Origin: an uncultured delta proteobacterium
Lineage (GTDB): Bacteria; Myxococcota; Kuafuiibacteriia; Kuafuiibacteriales; Kuafuiibacteriaceae
Direction of reading: 5' to 3'
DNA: 64,000 bases
Assembly: GCA_963803435.1 (NCBI GenBank)
Contig: CAWDML010000001.1
Span: forward strand, 3,200,001-3,264,000
Below, piece by piece: positions 39,779-48,958 of this stretch (within the stretch, counting starts at the first letter, position 1; every line of letters begins with the position of its first letter). The notes beneath the pieces are model-generated. The model saw nothing but the letters and a program-made list of their open reading frames with translations. It had not been told where the DNA came from and made no database searches. Both the position numbers and the translations under genes were made by a program.

Positions 39779-41260
39779 ATGGGCCGGACCTCGGGTTTCG
39801 GCGGGCGCGGATCGCGGCGAAAGTGTGAACGTTTCGGAGCCGGCCGACGAAAACTCGGTGTGGGGCTGCGGGCCGAACGGGCGGGGGTGTCGGTTCTGGG
39901 GGACGGCCTGCAGCCCGTGCTCCCGACGGACCCGGCGCCGCCCTCGCGCCTCGAGCCCCCCGTGCTCGCGCCCGGGCTGACGCATCGTGCGAAGACCGAC
40001 GTCTCGGGCAAGTCGACCGCCGTCGCGCGCGAGATCGAGCTCCGGAAGGCCTCCCTCAGCCCCTCGCGGCTCGAAGCCCTCTCCGCGCTCGAGCTCGGAG
40101 TGGATCAGTTGGCCGAGGTACGCTCCGCGCTGCGCGCCCGGATCAGGAAGGGGCTCGCCGTCGAGGGCTCGGAGATCGCGGCGCTGCCCGCGTTCGTCGG
40201 AGCGCCCGACGCCTCGCTGCGTGGCGAGGCGCTGGTGCTGGACACGGGCGGCACCAACATGCGCGCCGCCCGAGTTCGACTGGGCGGTGAGCGCGGCGCG
40301 GAGCTCGTCGACGGCCCCGTGCAGCGGCTCGTCCCTGGTCGGGAGGAGTCGATCACGCGGGCGGCGTTCTTCGGCGCGCATCGAGACCTCGTCGGCGAGC
40401 TCGAAGACGCGGCCGGTCTCCCGGTCGGCTATTGTTTCTCCTTCGGCTCCGAGATCCTCCCGGACGGCGACGCGCGGTTGCTCCGCTGGTCGAAGGGCAT
40501 CCACGTCCCGGACGTCGAGGGCACGCGGGTGGGTGCCGCGCTCCACGACGCGCTCACCGACGGAGGGCTCGCGCCCGGCCGGGTCTCGGTCCTCAACGAC
40601 ACCGTGGCGGCGCTGCTCGGCGGCGCGGCGGCCTACGCGTGCGACGGCTTCGCCGACTTCATCGGCCTGATCGCGGGGACCGGTCACAACATCGCCTCCT
40701 TCGTCGACCCCGAATCCATGCCGAAGCTCGGCGACTCGAAGTGGACGGGGCGGATGGCCGTCAACCTCGAGACCGGCAACTTCTCGCCGCCGCACCTCAC
40801 GAAGTGGGACGTGGCCGTCGATGCCGCCATGGACAACGCCGGTTTCCATCGCTTCGAGAAGGCGGTGTCCGGCTACTACCTCCCGTTCATCTTTCAGCAG
40901 ATCGTGCCCGAGCTCGAGGGCTTCGATCCCGAGGCCGGTTCGCGCGTCCTCGCCGAGCTGCGCGACGATCCCTCTCAGACGGCGCTGGTCCGCAGGGCCG
41001 CCGCGCTCCTCCTCGATCGCTCCGCCGACCTGGTGGCAGCCTCGCTCGCCGCGGTCGCAGACGTCTCGTCGGCCAAGGAGGGCACGATCGGCATCCTCGC
41101 CGAGGGCGGGCTGTTCTGGCGCATCCCGGGCTACGCCGCGCGCGTCGAGCACACTCTTTGTGCGCTCCTCGCCGGCGGCCCGGTGAACGTGCGCATCCTG
41201 AAGCTCGACGATGCCAACCTGTACGGAGCCGCGAGCGCCGCGCTGATGCGCTCACGCTGA
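39779..41260 (+). CDS. Hexokinase (eukaryote-type Hexokinase_1/2 family)
   Basis: LDTGGTNMR, GYCFSF, LLRWSKG, LNDTVA, GLIAGTGHN, NLETGNF, FEKAVSG.YL. The true start is uncertain and probably downstream of 39900. Confidence 0.85.
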   Translation: MGRTSGFGGRGSRRKCERFGAGRRKLGVGLRAERAGVSVLGDGLQPVLPTDPAPPSRLEPPVLAPGLTHRAKTDVSGKSTAVAREIELRKASLSPSRLEALSALELGVDQLAEVRSALRARIRKGLAVEGSEIAALPAFVGAPDASLRGEALVLDTGGTNMRAARVRLGGERGAELVDGPVQRLVPGREESITRAAFFGAHRDLVGELEDAAGLPVGYCFSFGSEILPDGDARLLRWSKGIHVPDVEGTRVGAALHDALTDGGLAPGRVSVLNDTVAALLGGAAAYACDGFADFIGLIAGTGHNIASFVDPESMPKLGDSKWTGRMAVNLETGNFSPPHLTKWDVAVDAAMDNAGFHRFEKAVSGYYLPFIFQQIVPELEGFDPEAGSRVLAELRDDPSQTALVRRAAALLLDRSADLVAASLAAVADVSSAKEGTIGILAEGGLFWRIPGYAARVEHTLCALLAGGPVNVRILKLDDANLYGAASAALMRSR

Positions 41261-41653
41261 CCGCGCGGCCGCGCATTTCAAGGTCGGAACGCTCTGAGAG
41301 GACGAGCAAGATTCGTCCCGCCTCTCGATCCATCAGGGGGACGCCGGCGCGAGCCTGGCCGAGTGGCGCGTCGATGGATGGGCCAACGGGATCCGCGACA
41401 TCGCGCTGGACGGCAATCGAATCCTGCTCCTGGTCGACGGAGGCGTCGAGCGCGTCGACCTCACGCGTTGACCGCCAGGAGCGCCCCGAGGCGATTCCGC
41501 CCCGGGGGTGTCAGTCGGCGACAGCTTCCGAGGTCAGGGCCGCACTCTGCGAGGTCGGTCCCGCGTTTGCTTTCGTTCACTCCCGGGAGAGCGAACGGCC
41601 ATGCTCGAACGCGGAACGACGGCAGTCATCAGCCAGGCCTCGTCAGGGCCTCC

Positions 41654-43000
41654 GTGAGCGATCGGGCTCGAGTGCGCCGGTGTGCGGCGATCCTGATCGC
41701 GTCCTCGCTTCAATGGCCGGGCGCCGGGCGAGCCGAACCGGCGCCCGGCGAGGGCGGAGCATCGCGCACGGCCACCACCGCCGGCGATCCGCGCGTGCGG
41801 ATCCGCGCTGAGGAAGAGGACGGGCTCGACCTGGGCCGACTCGTGCTCGATCTCCCGGCCCACCTGCTCGAGCTGGCGTTCGTCCCGCTCCTGCCGTTGA
41901 TCGTCCTCGACGAGCGGTACGCGATCGGTAAGCGGCTCTACGATCTCTTCACCAACGACGACCGCACGCTGGCCCTCGTCCCCTTCGTCACCCCCCTCGA
42001 CTCGTCGGGGCTCGGCTTCGGCGCGGCGCTGATTCACCAGCCGCACGAGGTCGGCGTGCGCACGGTCGTCATCGGGCTGGCGCACCTGAACGGCGACTAC
42101 CGGATCTTCGGCGATGTCTCCCACGCGCTGGACCGAACCCACCTCTCCCTCCTCGTCCACGGGGAGAGCCAGCTCGACAGCGACCGACGCTACTACGGCA
42201 CGGGCCGGGGCACGACCCAGAGCGCCAAGCATCTGTTCTCCTACGAGGCGGCCGACGCAGCCGCCGGAGTGCAGTGGGTCGAGCCTCGCCGCGGTGAGCT
42301 GAGCCTCGGGCTCTCTGCCGGGATCAACCGCAGCCTCACCGAGCCAACCGACGCGCACGGCGCTCCCTCCGTGCGCCCGCACGGGGAGCTCGAGCCACCG
42401 CCGGGGTTCGGCCAGCAGCTCGCCTACGGCCAGGGCCTCCTCGACGCCGGCTTCGCCACCCGCGATGCCAACGGTCGGCTCCACCGCGGCCTCGAGCTGT
42501 ACGGCCACGTCCAGGTCGCCAGCGCGATCGACGCGCACCCCGAGCTCTCGGGGATCCAGGGCCGGCTGGAGGTCATCGGGCACATCCCGATCTTCGGGCA
42601 CGAGCGCATGCTGGTGCTGGCGGCGCGCGGCACCTGGGCCGCTCCTCTCGGGGCGGGCCGGGAGGTGCCCTTCTTCCTCTACACGTTCTACGGCGGGCCG
42701 GACGCGCTGCGCGGCTACCCTTCGTACCGCTTCGCCGGGCTCTTCTCCTGGTGGAGCACGGCCGAGTATCGCTATCCGATCTATCACGTTCCCTCGACCG
42801 ACCTCCGCTGGAGCGCGGCCTGGTTCGGCGAGGTGGGGCAGCTCGGCGATCACGCAGGTGATCTCGCGAGGGGACCGCTCCCGTTCTCGTTCGGCGCGGG
42901 GCTCACGCTGGAGAGCATCGACGCCGTCCTGGCCCGCTTCCAGATCGCCGGCTCGCCGGAGGGCGTGCAGCTCACCGCTGCGATCGGAGGCCTCCGGTGA
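41654..43000 (+). CDS. BamA/TamA (Omp85) family outer-membrane beta-barrel
   Basis: Amphipathic strands, YYG.G, GG.DALRGY.SYRF.G, AEYRYP, FGEVGQ, SFGAGL. Start approximate. Confidence 0.78.
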   Translation: MSDRARVRRCAAILIASSLQWPGAGRAEPAPGEGGASRTATTAGDPRVRIRAEEEDGLDLGRLVLDLPAHLLELAFVPLLPLIVLDERYAIGKRLYDLFTNDDRTLALVPFVTPLDSSGLGFGAALIHQPHEVGVRTVVIGLAHLNGDYRIFGDVSHALDRTHLSLLVHGESQLDSDRRYYGTGRGTTQSAKHLFSYEAADAAAGVQWVEPRRGELSLGLSAGINRSLTEPTDAHGAPSVRPHGELEPPPGFGQQLAYGQGLLDAGFATRDANGRLHRGLELYGHVQVASAIDAHPELSGIQGRLEVIGHIPIFGHERMLVLAARGTWAAPLGAGREVPFFLYTFYGGPDALRGYPSYRFAGLFSWWSTAEYRYPIYHVPSTDLRWSAAWFGEVGQLGDHAGDLARGPLPFSFGAGLTLESIDAVLARFQIAGSPEGVQLTAAIGGLR

Positions 43001-44619
43001 GGGGGTGGCTCAACCCCGCGATCGCGCTCGCCGTCGCGAGCGCCTGCGCGACGCCGTCGTGGCACGGGCCGCCCTACGACCAGCAGTTCCAGGTGGCGCC
43101 GCCGCCGATCCTCCATCCGGCGCCGCCGAAGCGGGAGGTCTCGCCGCACTGGGACCGGTTCTCCTCGCTGATCCCGGAGTCGCTCGCGAATCCGCTCCGC
43201 GGCGCACGGATCCTCGGCGCCTCGAGGGCGCTCGACGTCAACGACTTCGGTGAGGTGATCGACTCGCCCTGGTTCGAGAACCGGATCGGCCGCCGGCGCA
43301 TGACCGCGGAGGAGATCACGCACGGCCCCAACCGACTCACAGGCCCCGCGCCCGGACCGCTGCTCGTGTTGAGCGGGAAATCGGAAGGCGTGACGCCGGG
43401 CCTGGTGGTGAAGGACAGCGACGGCCATACCTTTCTCGTAAAGGTGGACGCGCCCGCCTTCCGCGGCCTCGGCTCCGGGGCCGAGGTCATCGCGACCAAG
43501 CTCCTCTACGCGGCCGGATATCACGTGCCCGAAAACTACCTGGTGGACCTCTCGCTCGATCGGCTCGTGCTCGGTGACGGCGCCACCACGAAGGGACGCT
43601 ACCGGCAGAACGTACCGCTCGACGCGGAGACGTTCGCGCAGCTCCTGAATCGGATGGCCCCGTCCTCAGGAGGCACCCCGCGCACGCTGTTCAGCCGGAT
43701 CATCGACGGCACGGTGCTGGGACCGTTCCCCTTCGAGGGCGCCAGCGCCGATGATCCGAACGATCGGATTCCGCACGAACGCCGCCGCAGCGTGCGCGGG
43801 ATGTGGGTCTTCGCGGCCTGGCTCGACAACGCGGACATGCGGCCGGCCAACACCCTCGACGCCTTCGTACCCGTGAATGAGGACGGGCTCGGCTTCGTGG
43901 AGCACTACTGGATCGACTTCGGCTCCGCCCTCGGATCGTCCGCAGGAGTGCCGAAGCCCGCCGACTACGGCCGCGAGTATTCGATCGACTGGGCCAAGAT
44001 CCTCTTCCGTACGATCTCCTTCGGGGCCACGCGGGGACCGTGGGATCCGCTCGCCCTCGCGCGCTTCACGTGCGTGGGACGGTTCGACGCCGTGGCCTTC
44101 GACCCGCGGGCCTGGGTCCCGCTGAATCCCGCGCGCCCCTTCCAGCTGGCGTCCCCGCTCGACACGTTCTGGGCGGCCTCGATCCTGGCCCGGTTCACCG
44201 AGGACGATCTGCGCGCGGTGGTGGCGGAGGCGCGCTATCCCAGCACCGGGGCCACCGACTACGTCGTCGCCGTACTTCGTGCGCGCCAGCGAGCGCTGCT
44301 GCGCTTCGCCTTCGAGCGGGTGCTTCCGCTGGTTGATCCGACGATCCACGGCGATCGACTGGTAATGACGGACCTGGCCGTGACGGCGGGCCTGATCGAC
44401 CAGGCCCGCTACCGGGCGACGGTCCGCGTCGAGGGCGGGGAGGCGCGAACGACCAGGGCCGGCCGTGCCGAGGTGCGCCTCGGCCCCGGCCTTCCGCGCG
44501 ACGGCTTCGTGAGCGTCACCTTCGAGCGTCGGGGCTCACCGGGGTCGGTGGAGGTCGAGCTCATGACGGCTGGCGGCCGCGTGCTCCCCGTCGGGATCAC
44601 GCGGCCGCATCCGCAGTGA
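42997..44619 (+). CDS. Lipoprotein with atypical (HipA/PI3-4K-like) kinase fold
   Basis: Lipobox ASAC, Gly loop GKSEGVTPG, LVKVD, GAEVI, catalytic-like DMRPAN and IDFG. GTGA overlap with the barrel gene. Confidence 0.65.
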   Translation: MRGWLNPAIALAVASACATPSWHGPPYDQQFQVAPPPILHPAPPKREVSPHWDRFSSLIPESLANPLRGARILGASRALDVNDFGEVIDSPWFENRIGRRRMTAEEITHGPNRLTGPAPGPLLVLSGKSEGVTPGLVVKDSDGHTFLVKVDAPAFRGLGSGAEVIATKLLYAAGYHVPENYLVDLSLDRLVLGDGATTKGRYRQNVPLDAETFAQLLNRMAPSSGGTPRTLFSRIIDGTVLGPFPFEGASADDPNDRIPHERRRSVRGMWVFAAWLDNADMRPANTLDAFVPVNEDGLGFVEHYWIDFGSALGSSAGVPKPADYGREYSIDWAKILFRTISFGATRGPWDPLALARFTCVGRFDAVAFDPRAWVPLNPARPFQLASPLDTFWAASILARFTEDDLRAVVAEARYPSTGATDYVVAVLRARQRALLRFAFERVLPLVDPTIHGDRLVMTDLAVTAGLIDQARYRATVRVEGGEARTTRAGRAEVRLGPGLPRDGFVSVTFERRGSPGSVEVELMTAGGRVLPVGITRPHPQ

Positions 44620-44626
44620 CGTGCGC

Positions 44627-44929
44627 TCAGCGCGGAAGCTTCGCGGCCAGCACGTCGTGCGGCTCGATCCTCGGCGGCGCCGCCAGGAGCTCGCCAGCCT
44701 TCGCCATCAGCGCGGCGGCGATGTCCCCGTTCAGGTGGGCCTTGCGTCCCTCCTCGTCCTCGAACGCATCGAACACGGCGAACGTGGTCGGTCCGAGCTG
44801 CACCGCGAACCAGACCACCGTCCGAGCCTCCGCGTTCGCGAGCGGGAGCGCGGACTGCAGGAGCTTCTTCACCTCCTCTGCCTTCTCCTTCTTCGTCTCG
44901 AGCCTTACCCAGAGTCCTAGTTTGACCAT
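44627..44929 (-). CDS. Antibiotic biosynthesis monooxygenase (ABM) family protein
   Basis: RLE.K..K.EEV..LL..ALPL...E..T..WFA, FDAF.DE.GR.AHL.G. Confidence 0.88.
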   Translation of the reverse strand: MVKLGLWVRLETKKEKAEEVKKLLQSALPLANAEARTVVWFAVQLGPTTFAVFDAFEDEEGRKAHLNGDIAAALMAKAGELLAAPPRIEPHDVLAAKLPR

Positions 44930-45000
44930 GGCGCCAGGCTAGCTGCTCGGAGCGTTCGAGGCCTCTGTCCAAATCGACAAATATGATACTGTTCTTGCCA

Positions 45001-45960
45001 ATGCGCATCCACGTGCTCGCCCTGGGCGGCGCCTTCGACACCGGCCTCGCCGCCGTGCTCGACACCTTCGGAGTCGCCGACGAGCTGTCGCACGCCGGCC
45101 GCAAACCGGCGCGCCGCTTCGAGGTTGAGCTGGTCTCGGTCCGGAAGAGCGTGCGGACCGGGCGCGGCCTCCAGGTCCCTGCGCGGACGGTCTCGAAGGC
45201 CGACCGACCCGACGTCCTCTTCGTCGCTGCGCTCGACGCGAAGACGCCCGATTCGCTCGAGCGGGCGCTGGCCACCAAGGAGGTCCGCGACGCCGCGCTC
45301 TACCTGCGCTCCCTACCGAACGGGACCCTGGTGGTGGCGGCGTGCACCGCCACGTTCGTCCTCGCCGAGGCCGGGCTGCTCTCGGGACGCCGCGCCACCA
45401 CGACGTGGTGGTTGGCGCCCATGTTTCGCCAGCGCTATCACGACGTACAGCTCGACGAGTCCGAGATCATCGTGCCGGCGCGGAGCGTCGTCACCGCCGG
45501 CGCAGCCCTCGCCCACCTCGATCTAGCGCTGTGGATCGTGCGCCGCCAGAGCCCCTCGCTGGCCGCGCGGGTCGCCCGCTTTCTCGTCGCCGATCTGCGG
45601 CCGAGCCAGGCCGCCTACGTCATCCCGGATCAGCTGGCCCACTCGGATCCGGTGGTCGAACGGTTCGAGCGGTGGGTGACCCGCCACCTGGCGGAGGGCT
45701 TCTCGTTGAACACGGCCGCCCGGGCGGTCGGCGTGAGCTCGAGGACCCTCGCCCGCCGCCTCCACACGGTCCTCGGCAAGACCCCGGTCGCGTACGTTCA
45801 GGAGCTGCGGATCGACCGGGCGATCGACCTCTTGCAGACGAGCAACGCCAGCGTGGACGAGATCGCGGAGCGCGTCGGCTACGCCCAGGGCACCACGCTG
45901 CGAACACTGCTCCGCCGCCGGCGCGGCCGCGGCGTCAAGGAGATCCGGACCCGCGCGTGA
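45001..45960 (+). CDS. GlxA family transcriptional regulator (DJ-1/PfpI + AraC HTH)
   Basis: ACTATFVLAEAGLL.GRRATTTWW, TAGAALAH.DL, C-terminal AraC HTH (SVDEIAERVGY). Divergent from the ABM gene. Confidence 0.9.
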   Translation: MRIHVLALGGAFDTGLAAVLDTFGVADELSHAGRKPARRFEVELVSVRKSVRTGRGLQVPARTVSKADRPDVLFVAALDAKTPDSLERALATKEVRDAALYLRSLPNGTLVVAACTATFVLAEAGLLSGRRATTTWWLAPMFRQRYHDVQLDESEIIVPARSVVTAGAALAHLDLALWIVRRQSPSLAARVARFLVADLRPSQAAYVIPDQLAHSDPVVERFERWVTRHLAEGFSLNTAARAVGVSSRTLARRLHTVLGKTPVAYVQELRIDRAIDLLQTSNASVDEIAERVGYAQGTTLRTLLRRRRGRGVKEIRTRA

Positions 45961-47248
45961 GCGAGCCCTTGCGAGCAGATGGTTTGCCGGAGCGGGCGCG
46001 GCGCCGGAGCCAGAGCAGGACGCCCAGCCCCACCAGCGGCACGGGCGTCCCCGCGCCTTCGCGGACCGGCGCGCCGGCCCGGCAGGAGCAGCCGCCCTTC
46101 TCCTCGTCCACCACCGGCGGCGTCTCCTCCTCCGGCGGGGGCGTGCGCGGCTTCGGCTCGGCCGCCTTCACCGGCGGCCCCAGAACGTCGTGCGCTCCCA
46201 GGAGCGGCGGCATCTCGACGGGCGGATCGTCGACCGGAGGATCGTCGACGGGCGGAGCGTCCTGCGCCGGCGCGACCCGGAGCGCGTCCACGGCGATGTG
46301 TTGATCCGGCGCCACCGCGCCCGCGACGTTGTCGTAGACCGCGACCCACTGGTCGGCGCCCGCCGAGAACGCGAACCTGCCGAGCGGCGTCCATCCACTC
46401 GACGCCGATTGATCGATCGTCAACACGCTCTGCTCACCGGAGTGGCGGACCTCGTAGCGGGTCGCCGAATGGATCGCGTAGGCGGGCTCCAGGTAGACGT
46501 CGACGTCGTAGTCGCCCTCGGCCGAGAGATCGAGGTTCCAGCGCGCCCAGTTGCTCGGCGCATCGTTCTCGAACGCGTTCGTCCAGAGCAACGAGCCCGC
46601 GTGGCCCTCGCCCTCGACGTCCCGCCAGAACTGGTTGGGCCCGAACGCGGAGAAGCAGCTCGCGTCCTCCTCGATGACGCCGCCCTCGGGAGGAAGCGCG
46701 TCGCAGGTGGCTCCCACGCACGGTCCACCGCCGGGACCGCCGCCCCACCACTCCCAGTGCCAGTCCTCGCTCGGGACCGTCCTTGAGAAGCCGAACGCCC
46801 CGCCGTGCGCGTTGAGCCAGGCCAGCACGCCCGACGAGGCCGTGTTGAGGTCGAGCGCGTGACCGCTCTGATGATTGCTGTAGCCGGGGCGCGCCGCGAG
46901 ATTGCAGTTGTTGCAGTTGCAGTGGATGTAGCAGTCGTAGAGGTATTGCTGCTCGGCCTGCGTTCTGAAGCCGCTCACGACGGCGATCTGGACGCCGTCG
47001 GACGCCGCCGCCTGCTGCATCACGTAATACGCGTTCGCCGTCTCTCGCTCGGCGGGCTTACCGTCGACGGTGACCACCACGATCGGGAACGGGTTGCCGT
47101 CGACATACCCGGTGTCCGTGCGCTCGGTGCAATCGATCAGACCGCGGCGCGCCATGTCGATGTCGAGCTCATCCGGCGGCGCCTCGGTCTCCACCGGGGC
47201 GCACGACGCGAGGAGGAGCCCCGCCAGCCAGACCGCCCCGAACCGCAC
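45935..47248 (-). CDS. M15 (VanY-like) D-Ala-D-Ala peptidase + golvesin-like domain + MYXO-CTERM
   Basis: SGFRT..EQ, AARPGYSNHQSGHALD, EDWHW; ARW......G.Y.V.V...W..LGRF; tail GGCSC...LGVLLWLRRRAR; lipobox LASC. Confidence 0.85.
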   Translation of the reverse strand: MRFGAVWLAGLLLASCAPVETEAPPDELDIDMARRGLIDCTERTDTGYVDGNPFPIVVVTVDGKPAERETANAYYVMQQAAASDGVQIAVVSGFRTQAEQQYLYDCYIHCNCNNCNLAARPGYSNHQSGHALDLNTASSGVLAWLNAHGGAFGFSRTVPSEDWHWEWWGGGPGGGPCVGATCDALPPEGGVIEEDASCFSAFGPNQFWRDVEGEGHAGSLLWTNAFENDAPSNWARWNLDLSAEGDYDVDVYLEPAYAIHSATRYEVRHSGEQSVLTIDQSASSGWTPLGRFAFSAGADQWVAVYDNVAGAVAPDQHIAVDALRVAPAQDAPPVDDPPVDDPPVEMPPLLGAHDVLGPPVKAAEPKPRTPPPEEETPPVVDEEKGGCSCRAGAPVREGAGTPVPLVGLGVLLWLRRRARSGKPSARKGSLTRGSGSP

Positions 47249-47311
47249 CGTGCGACCATCCGACGTCTCCGGCCCCGGGTGAATCGGACAGCCTGTGGAG
47301 TGAACGGCCGA

Positions 47312-47995
47312 TCACCACTCGAAGGAGCAGAAGACGCCGCCACCCGTGAGGAGCCCTCCCACCGCGAACAGGCTGACCGACGCGATCGTGAGGGCGCGCC
47401 GGGACGAGCGGAGCCCGTCGTAGCGAGCTCGAGTCGGGGCGCCGGCGAGCAGCTCGCCTCGGGCATGTGCGCTCCGCTCGGCCAGGATCGAGGCGCCGCC
47501 GATGACCAGCGCACCGGCCACGATCAGCGCCGGACCCCAGAGGGTGTCGAGCTCCAGCCTCGCCTCGGGCGGCGGTGCTCCGGAGATGCGCTCTGATCCC
47601 TCCGAGATCGGCGGAGGAAGGAGCCGATCGATCACCGGCGTGAGAACGGCGTCCCAGCCGCGGCCGTCGGCAGGGAGCGAAACGTGGATCTTCCTCGGCT
47701 TGGAGAGGTCGCCCGAGAAGTACTCCAACACGACCAGGTGCCGGGTCACGCCCACGAACACGCGAAGCAGGATCACGTCCTGGACGCCGAGCTCGCGGCG
47801 GGTGTCGGCGGCGCAGGCCTCCTCGTGCTGCGGGCAGCGCGCCTCGCCGGGCAAGCGCACCGCGTGTGCGTGCGTCTCGACCGCGCGCATCACGGCTTCG
47901 GCGGCTCGACCGGCGATGACAGGGTCATCGGTGTCGATGATTCGAATCCCGCAGGGCGCGCCGACCGCCATCAGGGCCAACAGGTTCACGATCAC
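47312..47995 (-). CDS. Hypothetical exported/membrane protein
   Basis: N-terminal hydrophobic segment and two C-terminal TM-like segments. Confidence 0.55.
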   Translation of the reverse strand: MIVNLLALMAVGAPCGIRIIDTDDPVIAGRAAEAVMRAVETHAHAVRLPGEARCPQHEEACAADTRRELGVQDVILLRVFVGVTRHLVVLEYFSGDLSKPRKIHVSLPADGRGWDAVLTPVIDRLLPPPISEGSERISGAPPPEARLELDTLWGPALIVAGALVIGGASILAERSAHARGELLAGAPTRARYDGLRSSRRALTIASVSLFAVGGLLTGGGVFCSFEW

Positions 47996-48028
47996 GCGGT
48001 GGGGCCTCGGCGCGGGCGATCTTACCGC

Positions 48029-48448
48029 TCAACGGATCGTCTTGCGAGGCGCGAGATCGCGGAGGGCGATCCCACCGGTCGGTCTCAGCGAGGGCAGAGA
48101 CGCCCGACCCCTCCTGTCTCCATTGAAGCTTCGGAATCGTTCCTGGTGGTGGCGATCGGCGTCGGCGCGGGCCTCGTGCTCACGCGCCAGCGCGGGCGCC
48201 GCCATCGCAGCAACCTCGAGCAGCGCACCGGCCGCCTCCCCCGCGCCCCGAGTGTGAAGATGCGCCGCCAGGCGGACCAGCGACTCGACCGCGATCCGCA
48301 GCTCATCGGTCTCGAGCAGCGCCTCCAGAGATGCCCGAAGGTGATCGAGATCTGGAGATGAGTACTGCGTCTGGTCGTTCGCCATCGACAGGAGCAGCGC
48401 GGCCTCGACCGCGATCGCGTGGAACTCGATGGGTTCGGCATCGACCAT
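48029..48448 (-). CDS. Small helical hypothetical protein
   Basis: ATG at 48448 with GGAG RBS, 11 nt after the upstream stop; Leu/Ala/Glu-rich helices. Confidence 0.6.
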   Translation of the reverse strand: MVDAEPIEFHAIAVEAALLLSMANDQTQYSSPDLDHLRASLEALLETDELRIAVESLVRLAAHLHTRGAGEAAGALLEVAAMAAPALAREHEARADADRHHQERFRSFNGDRRGRASLPSLRPTGGIALRDLAPRKTIR

Positions 48449-48459
48449 CTCCGCTCCCC

Positions 48460-48846
48460 TCACGAGAAGAGCGCCTGAACCAACGCTCCGCCTGCCGGAC
48501 CGTACATCGACTGGGCCGCGAGGAAGGAGCGACAGTCGGCGAACGGCTGCGAGCAGAGCCCCGTCATCAGCGAGCCAAAGAACGCCTGCGCGCCGCTCTG
48601 CATCCCCGCGATCTGCGCCTGTATCTGCTGGATCTGCATCTGCTGCCGGTTGGCGAGATCCGTCAGCTGCTCGTTGGCCTTCTTGTCCCATGCCGCGCGC
48701 CGCTTGGCCCGCTTCTTACCGCCACCTTCGGGCGGCCGTGGAGAGCCGATCATGTACGTGAGATAGTCGTTCAGCGAGAAGGCGCCCGACTGATACGCGT
48801 TGAACGCCAGCTGAGAGCTCGGGGTGATGCCGTTGACTGATGTCAT
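48460..48846 (-). CDS. Small Gln-rich coiled-coil hypothetical protein
   Basis: GGAGGTCAAGGA-ATG, MTSVNGITPSS N-terminus, basic patch KKRAKRR, QQMQIQQIQAQI helix. Confidence 0.7.
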   Translation of the reverse strand: MTSVNGITPSSQLAFNAYQSGAFSLNDYLTYMIGSPRPPEGGGKKRAKRRAAWDKKANEQLTDLANRQQMQIQQIQAQIAGMQSGAQAFFGSLMTGLCSQPFADCRSFLAAQSMYGPAGGALVQALFS

Positions 48847-48870
48847 TCCTTGACCTCCGGGATGACCTGA

Positions 48871-48886
48871 TTCAAGAGCGGTGCCA
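48871..48886 (-). promoter_or_regulatory. Putative sigma-54 promoter
   Basis: Minus strand TGGCAC-CGCTC-TTGAA: perfect -24 box, -12 with GA instead of GC, about 25 nt before ATG 48846. Confidence 0.6.
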
Positions 48887-48914
48887 GCGCGAACCCCGCC
48901 GCCTGCCGGTCGCG

Positions 48915-48956
48915 GTGTCGACCATTCGGGACGAACGTGACCCGTCCTGTCGACAC
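48915..48956. promoter_or_regulatory. Inverted repeat, candidate activator-binding site
   Basis: GTGTCGAC (48915-48922) N26 GTCGACAC (48949-48956), just upstream of the -24 box. Confidence 0.4.
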
Positions 48957-48958
48957 TC

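Noticed and set aside
48460-48846. Resemblance of the N-terminus to FlgD or flagellar export substrates
   Set aside because: Only compositional similarity. The FlgD QDP motif is absent and there are no flagellar genes nearby.
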